NCBI RefSeq assembly: GCF_037902255.1
Contig: NZ_CP147990.1
Location: 3,900,001-3,932,000, forward strand
Source of the DNA: Candidatus Electrothrix sp. GW3-4
Lineage (GTDB): Bacteria > Desulfobacterota > Desulfobulbia > Desulfobulbales > Desulfobulbaceae
DNA length: 32,000 nt
Reading direction: 5' to 3'
Part shown: positions 16,133-24,045 of the stretch, in pieces
How positions within the stretch are numbered: position 1 is the stretch's first letter
How the letters are laid out: each line of letters begins with the position of its first letter
Translations under genes and position numbers: made by a program
Notes under the pieces: model-generated
The model's database searches: none
What the model was told of the DNA's origin: nothing
The model's input: only the letters and a program-made list of their open reading frames with translations

Positions 16133-17502
16133 TATTGGTCCTTATCCTGCTGTTGCGGTGCTTCCGGAGCAAGATTCTCCAGCATCCCTTTCTGCATATC
16201 CTGCATCTGCTGATCCATACGTTCTTTAACCTGCTGCTGCTGCATTGCTGGCAGGGTTTCTTGCAGGCCCTCCTGCATGGCACCCTGCATCTGCGCCTTA
16301 GTATCCCGAAGCTGCTGATTCATCCGTTTATTCATCTGCTTCTGCTGCATTGTCGGAATGGAATCTTTCAGTTTTTCCTGCACAGTCTTCTGCATCTGCT
16401 TGGTGGTATCCTGAACTTGCTGATTCATCCGTTCAGACATCTGCTTCTGCTGCATGGTCGGCACAGTATCTTTAAGATTTTCTTGGACAGAGTTCTGCAT
16501 TTGTTGCGAGGCATTCTGCATCTGCCGCGACATATTATCCTGCATCTGTCCTGACATATCTCCTGGATTGCTTCCTCCAGACACCTCGGTCAGGGCCGCA
16601 ACAATGGCATCAATGTTTCTCCGCATGGCCTGCTCGAAAAATTCCTTGGTGTACTCCCCGTTGGAAATATGGGAGAGGGCATAGAGACGGCAGCCAGTCT
16701 CTTTATAGATAATATCGATATATTTCTTTTCATAATCCAGCTCACCGAACAGCACATTCACCTTGGCCCGCTTGATCCTTTTAATAGTGTCCTGGAGCTG
16801 ACGTGCGCTGGGCTTGACCCCATGTCTCGGCTGCACCACAGCACTGACCTCGATACCGAGTTCCTGAAAGAGATAAGAATATCCGTCATGCACAGTGGCG
16901 ATACGCAGCTTATTGAGGTCAAGCATATCAATCCGCATTAAAGCGGACTGGAGCAGATTACGCAACTTCATCGAATACGCACGGACATTTCTGACAAACT
17001 CACCAGCCTGATCTGGACAAAGTCTCCCCAGTTTTCTGGCAATCATCTGCATCTGCTGAATCGCGCCGGTGATAGCGATATAGGTATGGCTGTTGTACGA
17101 TACCTTGCCGTCGTTCCCTTCAAAATCGTAATGCTTACCAAAGACGGGAATCAGAGGGAGCCCTTTGCTGGTGTCGATAACCACCAGCTTGTCATTTTCA
17201 ATGGCCTTGAGCATCGGTTTGATGAACTCATCATGCCCTACCCCATTGACAATGACCACATCCAGGTTTTCCAACTTCTTCATGTCCGAGGGCAGCGGCT
17301 GATAGGCATGAGGATCCGAGCCTGGGGGAATTATTGAGGTTACATTTGCCTCATCACCAACGATATTTTTGGTCCAGGAATAATACGGGTGCAGAGAAGC
17401 CCCTATATTCAAACGACACTTTCCCTCTTGGGCATATGCCTGCATTGAGGAGAGGACAAGGCATAAAACGAGCACAAACTGAGGACGCAGTATTTTTTCC
17501 AT
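16132..17502 (-). CDS. Metal ABC transporter substrate-binding protein (ZnuA/TroA cluster) with a ~145-aa Met/Gln-rich C-terminal repeat extension
   Basis: It has a signal peptide, then GSDPHAYQPLPSD, VHDGYSYLFQELG and KVNVLFGE motifs of TroA/ZnuA-type binding proteins across residues ~1-305. A tail with three ~35-aa repeats follows. Confidence 0.88.
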   Translation of the reverse strand: MEKILRPQFVLVLCLVLSSMQAYAQEGKCRLNIGASLHPYYSWTKNIVGDEANVTSIIPPGSDPHAYQPLPSDMKKLENLDVVIVNGVGHDEFIKPMLKAIENDKLVVIDTSKGLPLIPVFGKHYDFEGNDGKVSYNSHTYIAITGAIQQMQMIARKLGRLCPDQAGEFVRNVRAYSMKLRNLLQSALMRIDMLDLNKLRIATVHDGYSYLFQELGIEVSAVVQPRHGVKPSARQLQDTIKRIKRAKVNVLFGELDYEKKYIDIIYKETGCRLYALSHISNGEYTKEFFEQAMRRNIDAIVAALTEVSGGSNPGDMSGQMQDNMSRQMQNASQQMQNSVQENLKDTVPTMQQKQMSERMNQQVQDTTKQMQKTVQEKLKDSIPTMQQKQMNKRMNQQLRDTKAQMQGAMQEGLQETLPAMQQQQVKERMDQQMQDMQKGMLENLAPEAPQQQDKDQ

Positions 17503-17552
17503 GTGGTACCTATACTCTTTTTTTAATGAAAATTTGCCAAAAAAAAGGCGTG

Positions 17553-18215
17553 TCAGCTGCCAGAAGATTCGGTGACTTTGCCGTTAACAGCAGCATTACC
17601 GCTGACCACCCATTTCCAGCCCCGTTCGACAAGGGGACCTTCCGAGTAATCAACGATCTGTGGATTTATCCAAATCTGAGCAGAAAAACGGTCTTCCTGA
17701 GAACCCTGGACAAAGGGATAAGGATATTGTCCCGCCTGGAGATCAATAATACGGAGAATAAAACTGTTCTCTAAAGGATCAGCACCTTGTTTCTCTTGCT
17801 GAGCAACCTCTTTATTGGCCCCGTAATAATCAACCCAGGTTTTGCCCTGATGCATTTCCCAAGAGAAACCCCGCAGGCCAGCGGGCAGGAAATCACCGAC
17901 AAAGGGAGGAAGAGATTCCGTTTGCAGCTCAGAAATCTCTGGCCAATTCCCCAGAGATTCATAGGTCCAGGTAATACTGTCCACCGCTCCCAGAAGAGAT
18001 CGATACAAAACCGGGGCCTGATTCTTCAGACGGATATCTTGCATTTGATAGGATTTTTTGGCGACAACCTCGTCTTTTGGGGCAACCTGACCATAGCGCA
18101 AGCCTGCAAGCAGGAAGATACAACAGATAACAACGGTAAGCCCCAAAACCTCACGCCCCGCAGCAAGCGGGGCAACAATTACTTCTTTACACTCTTGTGT
18201 AGCAGTATTACTCAT
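17553..18215 (-). CDS. Hypothetical membrane-anchored protein, first gene of the metal-uptake operon
   Basis: GGAAGGAGAGGTGG lies just upstream of the ATG at 18215-18213 (MSNTATQECKE...). There is one predicted TM segment (VLGLTVVICCIFLLAGL). Fifty nt separate it from the binding-protein gene. The ORF-track start at 18251 lacks an SD. Confidence 0.6.
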   Translation of the reverse strand: MSNTATQECKEVIVAPLAAGREVLGLTVVICCIFLLAGLRYGQVAPKDEVVAKKSYQMQDIRLKNQAPVLYRSLLGAVDSITWTYESLGNWPEISELQTESLPPFVGDFLPAGLRGFSWEMHQGKTWVDYYGANKEVAQQEKQGADPLENSFILRIIDLQAGQYPYPFVQGSQEDRFSAQIWINPQIVDYSEGPLVERGWKWVVSGNAAVNGKVTESSGS

Positions 18216-18437
18216 TAATTTCCACCTCTCCTTCCTGTAGCCTGCAAACATACCGCTTTTATGCGAACCCGAGGGTCGTGTCCCACAATGAAGGGTATTA
18301 TTTTTTCTAGATACGTAACACTGTTTCTAAACAGACGCAATATTTTTTTAACCTTAGGTGAGAAAAAAATACCCGCATCTCAGAATATCTGATTCTACCC
18401 TGCTGCCGATCTACAACTTTTCCGCTTAAAATCAAGA

Positions 18438-19577
18438 TTAAACCAACTCAGCCATAACCGAGTTAGCTAATAACATCCCTTGGGCGGTAAGTTGCAAGCG
18501 ACCCTGCACAATATGCAGCATACCTTGCCGGATAAGGCCTTGCAAGATCTCGCTGTAATAGTTTTCCGCATGTATGCCAAAGCGCTCAGTCAATTCTCCC
18601 AGAGATACCCCTGCTGTCATGCGTAGTCCCATAATCACGGTTTCCCGAAATGCAGCGTCCAGGTCGAGTTTTTCCCGCTCCATCCACACCTCCTGCCCAT
18701 GCTCCAGGCGCTCGCAAAACTGCTCTGCATCGGCAAGCGCTGTCAGGCGTGTGCCAGCAAGAAAGGCAACCGCCCCAGCCCCAAACCCGAGGTACTCTCC
18801 GTTTTGCCAGTAATTGATATTATGTCGGCATTGCCGTCCGGGCCTGGCATAATTTGATATCTCATAACGCTGCAAACCAGCCTGACGCAGCAGCTGCCGG
18901 GTCTCCTCCAGCATCAGCAGGACGGCCTCCTCCTCAGGGAGAGAAAACAGCCCCTGCCCATATTGCCTGGAAAATGGGGTCCCTTCTTCAAGGGTAAGCT
19001 CATAAATGGAAAGATGCTCTGGCCGGAGCGCCAAGGCCTGCTCAAGGGTTGCCAGCCAGGCCTGTGGTTCCTGCCCTGGAAGTCCATACATCAAATCCAG
19101 ATTGATATTCTCAAAGCCTGCCTCGCGTGCCCATTGCACCGTTTGCACGGCATCGGCCACAGTATGCGGACGACCAAGCAGGCGCAACTCCACATCATTC
19201 AGTGACTGCACCCCTATGGACAGACGATTGAATCCTGCCCGGCGCAGGTGCGCAAGACCAAGAGCAGCAACCGTTGCCGGATTGACCTCAATGGAAATTT
19301 CCGCCTCAGCAACACAAGGGAATTGAGTCAGGCACTCGGTGAGCAGCATGCTCAAGGTTTCCGGGGGCAAAAGGGTCGGAGTTCCTCCCCCGAAAAAAAT
19401 ACTGGTTAAGGGGCGCAGATGGTCTCGATATACTTCAGCACAAGAACGCACTTGGGTGATGAGTGCCTGGGCATAACGGGCATGGAGGTCTGCTCGCCCG
19501 GCAAGGGAGTAGAAACTGCAATAGGGGCATTTCTGGAGACAAAAGGGGATATGAAAATACAGGCCGAGATTATTCAT
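18438..19577 (-). CDS. hemW: Radical SAM heme chaperone HemW (HemN-like, oxygen-independent coproporphyrinogen oxidase family)
   Basis: LGLYFHIPFCLQKCPYCSFYS is the CxxxCxxC radical-SAM motif, and GGGTPT is present. I chose the start at MNNLGLY (ATG 19577-19575). The ORF-track 5' extension would overlap radC. Confidence 0.88.
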   Translation of the reverse strand: MNNLGLYFHIPFCLQKCPYCSFYSLAGRADLHARYAQALITQVRSCAEVYRDHLRPLTSIFFGGGTPTLLPPETLSMLLTECLTQFPCVAEAEISIEVNPATVAALGLAHLRRAGFNRLSIGVQSLNDVELRLLGRPHTVADAVQTVQWAREAGFENINLDLMYGLPGQEPQAWLATLEQALALRPEHLSIYELTLEEGTPFSRQYGQGLFSLPEEEAVLLMLEETRQLLRQAGLQRYEISNYARPGRQCRHNINYWQNGEYLGFGAGAVAFLAGTRLTALADAEQFCERLEHGQEVWMEREKLDLDAAFRETVIMGLRMTAGVSLGELTERFGIHAENYYSEILQGLIRQGMLHIVQGRLQLTAQGMLLANSVMAELV

Positions 19578-19606
19578 AGGCGCAGGGAAAACAAAAAACG
19601 GAGAGG

Positions 19607-20344
19607 TCAGGCAAGGCGAGAACGGATCGCAGCACAGTCCTTCTTCACAGCGTCCATCAAGCCATGATCGGCAAAGCTGTACACGGTCTCCCCGGCACCG
19701 ATGATAAGATGATCCAGCAGGGTGATATTCATAAACGAGCACATCAGAAACAAGGTCCGAGTTAAGTGCTCATCCTGTCCTGAGGGTTGCAAACTGCCTG
19801 ATGGATGATTATGGGCCACCACCAAAGAGGCGGCATGATGGGCCAAGGCCGATTTGATCAGCTCACGCGGGTAGACCGTGTTGACATTGATGGTGCCTTG
19901 GGAGAGGATTTCGCTGCCGATAACTGCGTGGGAGGCATCCAGGTACACCACCATAAACACCTCATGTCGGAGCCCCCGCATGGCGTGGACCAGGTAATCA
20001 GCCACATCTTTGGATGAGGTGATGTAGTTCTTTTTCTCGATTCGCTGGCGCAGATAACGGCGGGCAACGCCTTGGACAAACTGGAGGGCAAAGATATTTT
20101 TCGGCCCCATGCCTTTGATTTTTCCCAGAAGAACGGGCGAGGCATCCAGGACCTGTGGGAGGGAGCCGAATTTTGCCAGGGCATCCCGTGCTGCTTGTTT
20201 GCAGTCAGAACGAGGGGTGCCGAAGGTCAGCAGAAGTTCAATGACCTCGGTGTCAGTCAGGGCCTCAATGCCCTTTTCCTGAAATTTATCCCGGAGCCGC
20301 TGGCGATGGCCTGCGGTATCTCCGGGGGAGGATTTTGTGGTCAC
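19607..20344 (-). CDS. radC: RadC-family JAB/MPN domain protein
   Basis: It has N-terminal HhH-like LTDTEVIELLLTFGTPRSD and the JAMM motif VAHNHPSGSLQPSGQD. Confidence 0.9.
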   Translation of the reverse strand: MTTKSSPGDTAGHRQRLRDKFQEKGIEALTDTEVIELLLTFGTPRSDCKQAARDALAKFGSLPQVLDASPVLLGKIKGMGPKNIFALQFVQGVARRYLRQRIEKKNYITSSKDVADYLVHAMRGLRHEVFMVVYLDASHAVIGSEILSQGTINVNTVYPRELIKSALAHHAASLVVAHNHPSGSLQPSGQDEHLTRTLFLMCSFMNITLLDHLIIGAGETVYSFADHGLMDAVKKDCAAIRSRLA

Positions 20345-20946
20345 GTCACGGTCAGGGGGATTGTTGAATTACTCTGCGTGATAGAAATGACGGTATTCTG
20401 TCACGATCCCCCTGGATTTGCAAGGTGAAATTGCGGAATAGGCTTATCTTTGTTCGTGTTTTTTACAGCCCAGGCCCTGTGGGTTTACCTGATTTCGTTG
20501 TACTCAATCAGACCTTGTATTATGAAATTGGGATGAGTTACCATGGTTCATCTCAATAAAAGCTCCTGCCTACATATCCCAATACACAATCAATCGTGTC
20601 CCCGTTTGTTCGTTATCTAAAAGTATCGAGTGACTCTTTGGAGCCATTTAGTCAACTTTCTGTACCCCTCCCCAAGGGGAGGAGTAGGAGTTATAATGAA
20701 CTTTAACGACGTCGTTCCGGCCAACCATGCATTCTACAAACCTGATTTGCTCTCTTTTGAACGATACCTTCCCGTTGAACATGATCACCTCTTATCCAAT
20801 GGTTCATATTTTTTTATAAGCTATTTACTCCCTACGTCGACTCATGTATCATAAACAACCTGTTGGGATGTGCTCTCCCCCTGAAGGAGGGAACGTCCCT
20901 GAGGCTTTGCAATTAAAACCATTAACCCTCACCGTAATATACCTCC

Positions 20947-21243
20947 ATGTTTATGCTCGGAAACTTTCTGCTTGCCCTGGCAAAGCTTATTAACCTTGCC
21001 TTTTCTGCCTATATCTGGATTGTCATTGGCCGAGCGATCATCTCCTGGGTCAATGCAGATCCCTATAATCCTATCGTACGATTTCTTGTTCAGGCGACCG
21101 ATCCGGTCCTGGAGAAGATCCGCCGTTATCTCCCGCCCATGGGTGGACTCGACCTGAGCCCCATGCTGCTCATCCTTGCCCTCATCTTCCTGCAAAGCTT
21201 TATTGTCCCGACCCTGACCCAAATAGGCATGTCAATGCACTGA
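20947..21243 (+). CDS. yggT: YggT family membrane protein
   Basis: IWIVIGRAIISWVNADPYNPIVRFLVQATDPVLEKIRRYLPPMGGLDLSP is the YggT signature region. Length is 98 aa. Confidence 0.85.
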   Translation: MFMLGNFLLALAKLINLAFSAYIWIVIGRAIISWVNADPYNPIVRFLVQATDPVLEKIRRYLPPMGGLDLSPMLLILALIFLQSFIVPTLTQIGMSMH

Positions 21244-21261
21244 AACAGGGAGCGTTACGGT

Positions 21262-21549
21262 ATGCCCTACCTGCAAAGCCAATCTGACGGCAGCCTGCTG
21301 CTCTCCCTCTACGTGCAACCTCGGTCCGGTCAAAATGCAATCGTTGGTCTGCACGGCGATGCAGTCAAACTGCGGCTCAATGCACCACCCGTTGATGGCA
21401 AGGCGAACAAAGCAGTTATTGCCTTTTGGGCAAAGACGTTAAAAATTCCAAAGGCCGCTGTCACTATCAAAAGTGGCTTACAGAGCCGTCTAAAAAAAAT
21501 CGCGCTGACCGGCGTGGACGAAGAGCAGATTCGCCAGCTGGTGGAATAA
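21262..21549 (+). CDS. yggU: DUF167/YggU family protein
   Basis: LSLYVQPRSGQNAIVGLHGDAVKLRLNAPPVDGKANKAVIAFWAKTL matches the V.P.a....i......l.v.l.ApP.dGkAN pattern. It sits in the conserved yggT-yggU pairing. Confidence 0.85.
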   Translation: MPYLQSQSDGSLLLSLYVQPRSGQNAIVGLHGDAVKLRLNAPPVDGKANKAVIAFWAKTLKIPKAAVTIKSGLQSRLKKIALTGVDEEQIRQLVE

Positions 21550-21631
21550 CAGCCGACCAGGAACGCTATCCCAAACAGCGCAAGAAAAACTCTCAAAGAC
21601 TGATCTCAACGATGTGATGAGGAAAAAAGGT

Positions 21632-23107
21632 ATGGAAAAAAATCAACTTAAAGGTATAAAAGAGATTTTTTCCGAAGCAGGGCATCTCTATACAAGCAGG
21701 GCGATTCCAGTTCTCCTTGTGTTGCTGCTGTCTCTCCTTATAAGCACGATACTCCTTGTCGGAGGAGGAATAACGGCATTTTTTGCCTTAGGAGGCCAAC
21801 CTTTTTTCACAGGTGATCTCCGGGAAATCCTCCTTAATCCGAGAATTATTGGAACAGGAGCACTCTTCGCTTTTGTTGCTGTTCTGTTAATGATCTGGTG
21901 TCAGGCGGCGACGCTTACCATGACGGTTCGACAAGATATCGGAATACTGAAGGGACTCATAACAAGCTGGAAATATACCTTTCCCCTGCTCTGGATCAGC
22001 ACCCTGTACATCGGCATCATCATGGCAGGATCTGTTTTTTTTATCATCCCAGGCCTGGTGCTGGCCCTGTCCATGTCCCTTTGTTTTTTCATCATGGTTG
22101 AGGAAGAACGAACAGGCATTGATGCACTCCTTGCCAGTCGCCTCTATATACGAGGGCATTGGTGGAGCACCCTGCTCAAGCTCCTGCCGGTCTGGGGCCT
22201 GTCTTTCCTGATCGGCCTGATTCCTTTAGCAGGCCCCATCCTTTCCCTGCTCTTCACCCCCTTTCTCATGCTCTACATAGTCACTGTCTACCATGATCTC
22301 AAGGAATGCTCTGGAGAGATTGACCCTTCCTCCAGTGCAGGGTGGCTATGGGTCCTTTTCGGCGTTTTTGGCGTGTCACTCCCTCTCCTTGCCTTTATTG
22401 GCTCCATTGTTGCCCTTGGCCCTCAACTGCCTGACATCATCAAAAAGGTCCAGACAGAGGTTAACCGAACCCTTGGGACAGATATCTTTCCTGATGAGCC
22501 GCAGACGGACGCCAAAAACATCGACTATAGAGCAGGAAAGATTCCGACAGTTCGCCAACTTCCTTCAGTGGATGGCTTTCTTATCTGGCGAGATCCCATC
22601 GGAGACACCCATAGCCATCTTCTGGATATAAAAGAGGTCTCCGCAAAAGGGGACCAAGGCGAGCTTATACTCTCAGTCACCACGACCCGCTCCCTTTCCT
22701 CCTCTTTTCTCGCAGTAAAGGCAGGAGAGTTTGATTCCTTGATCAGCTTTTACCTGGATACCGACACGAACAGAGCAACTGGCGGCACACCTTTTGGCCG
22801 ACAGCAGGGCAGGAGGGGATATGATCTGGATGTACAAGTCCAACTTGTCGCCCAGCAAGACGTGGAGAACAAGGGCGTTTCAGGCGGGGTTGAAGTGAAC
22901 CTTTATCAGATGGATGGGGAGGAAAGACGATCTTGGGGAACGCTGGAGAGCAAGGCTGTCACTGTATCCGGGGATACAGTGACAATACGTTTACCCTATA
23001 GTCAACTAGAAACAGCTCCTGGCGATACTGTCCGAATCTGTTATAGGGAAGCTGCCCAGGAGCAGGGGCGCGGCTTGGCCAAGGACAAGTTGGTTCCGCT
23101 GAAATAG
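21632..23107 (+). CDS. Membrane protein with an N-terminal polytopic domain (~6 TM) and a C-terminal ~220-aa soluble beta-rich domain; function unknown
   Basis: GAGGA lies 8 nt upstream of ATG 21632. The ORF is open from GTG 21614. There are multiple hydrophobic segments through residue ~270, followed by a hydrophilic domain. Confidence 0.7.
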   Translation: MEKNQLKGIKEIFSEAGHLYTSRAIPVLLVLLLSLLISTILLVGGGITAFFALGGQPFFTGDLREILLNPRIIGTGALFAFVAVLLMIWCQAATLTMTVRQDIGILKGLITSWKYTFPLLWISTLYIGIIMAGSVFFIIPGLVLALSMSLCFFIMVEEERTGIDALLASRLYIRGHWWSTLLKLLPVWGLSFLIGLIPLAGPILSLLFTPFLMLYIVTVYHDLKECSGEIDPSSSAGWLWVLFGVFGVSLPLLAFIGSIVALGPQLPDIIKKVQTEVNRTLGTDIFPDEPQTDAKNIDYRAGKIPTVRQLPSVDGFLIWRDPIGDTHSHLLDIKEVSAKGDQGELILSVTTTRSLSSSFLAVKAGEFDSLISFYLDTDTNRATGGTPFGRQQGRRGYDLDVQVQLVAQQDVENKGVSGGVEVNLYQMDGEERRSWGTLESKAVTVSGDTVTIRLPYSQLETAPGDTVRICYREAAQEQGRGLAKDKLVPLK

Positions 23108-23141
23108 CGACTGATTCCCTGACGCGCTATCTTCTGTGCCA

Positions 23142-23540
23142 CTACTTGTGGGCAACCGGATAACTGTTGGTGAGCCACTCGGTCCATCCCCCAGTGAGCG
23201 CATAGACGTGCGTAAATCCCTTTTCCATAAGTCGACGGACCAATCTACCGCTGGTGCCCAGCCCTTCGCAAGCACAGTAAAGGACCATTGGGGTATTTTT
23301 ATGAAAATTTTCTGCCCAAATGTCAAGCTTATCGCCTGGCAGGCGGATTGCCCCAGGAATCTTATTATCACTGGCAGTCCAATGAGGCTCACTGCGGACA
23401 TCTAAGATCGTGTACTCATACGAACCAAGCTTGGATCTCAGCTCTTCTTTACTTATGGTTTGAATATTAGCGGCAAGTGCCTGGCTTACCCCACCTACCC
23501 CCAGTAAAACGGCAACGACGAGCAGCAGAACGTTTTTCAT
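23142..23540 (-). CDS. Exported single-domain rhodanese-like sulfurtransferase (Cys form)
   Basis: A signal peptide (MKNVLLLVVAVLLGVGGVSQALA) precedes a rhodanese domain: ILDVRSEPHW...IPGAIRLP...MVLYCACEGLGTSGRLVRRLMEKGFTHVYALTGGWTEW. AAAGGAG lies upstream of the ATG. Confidence 0.85.
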   Translation of the reverse strand: MKNVLLLVVAVLLGVGGVSQALAANIQTISKEELRSKLGSYEYTILDVRSEPHWTASDNKIPGAIRLPGDKLDIWAENFHKNTPMVLYCACEGLGTSGRLVRRLMEKGFTHVYALTGGWTEWLTNSYPVAHK

Positions 23541-23649
23541 GGCATTTTCTCCTTTGTAAAATAATTGCTGATCCTTTTCTTGTTTGTTCAGCCTGTCTCA
23601 ACTCATCAGCGGGGCACAGAATTACGTCAATTTCTGCAAGCAGAAAAAC

Positions 23650-24045
23650 TTACTTCTTTTCCACCGGAAAATCCTCGGCTCTCCACTTTCGCCATCCGCC
23701 TTCAAGCACATAAACATCGGTAAAACTCTTTGCTACGAACCTGCGTGCCAAACTGGCACTGCTTCTTTCATTCGGTCATGAGCAATAGAGGACCAAGGTC
23801 GTGTCCTTTGGCAAAGAACCCGACCAATCATCAAAATTATCCCATGTGAGCCGTAGAGCGCCGGGGATCTTCACCTCGCTGTTGCTCCACCCTCTTTCAG
23901 ATCGCGCATCCAGGATAGTAATGTTCTCGGCATTGAGATTTTGCTTCAACTCTTCAGCGCTCATGAATTGGACGCCATCAGCGGCCAATAATGAGGTCGC
24001 GCTGAGAAGAAAACAGGCAAAGATGAGCCCAAGTATGTTATTCAT
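23650..24045 (-). CDS. Exported rhodanese-like protein with an in-frame TGA (23776-23778) proposed to encode selenocysteine; 131 codons including Sec
   Basis: AAGGAG lies 6 nt upstream of the ATG at 24045-24043. The signal peptide is MNNILGLIFACFLLSATSLLA. The ORF-track ORF stops at ...TTLVLYCS-TGA, but the same frame continues as PNERSSASLARRFVAKSFTDVYVLEGGWRKWRAEDFPVEKK-TAA. This completes the rhodanese fold and aligns without gaps to the neighbouring paralog, with YCSU opposite YCAC. Confidence 0.7.
23743..23762 (-). promoter_or_regulatory. Candidate bacterial SECIS hairpin
   Basis: On the mRNA strand the hairpin starts 13 nt after UGA. It reads GC-A-GUGCCA-GUU-UGGCAC-GC, which is 8 bp with a bulged A and a G/U-containing apical loop. 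Confidence 0.5.

Noticed and set aside
14341-16554. Plus-strand ORFs 14341-14958, 14555-15058, 15548-16213 and 16135-16554
   Set aside because: They are antisense to the ABC permease, ATPase and binding-protein genes, all of which carry canonical motifs. The 16135-16554 ORF is simply the complement of the Met/Gln repeat and is itself repetitive (LLLH...).
19578-19742. N-terminal 55-codon extension of hemW in the ORF track
   Set aside because: The extension would overlap the 3' end of radC by 136 nt and is Cys/Arg-rich. The conserved HemW N-terminus begins at MNNLGLYFHIPFC.
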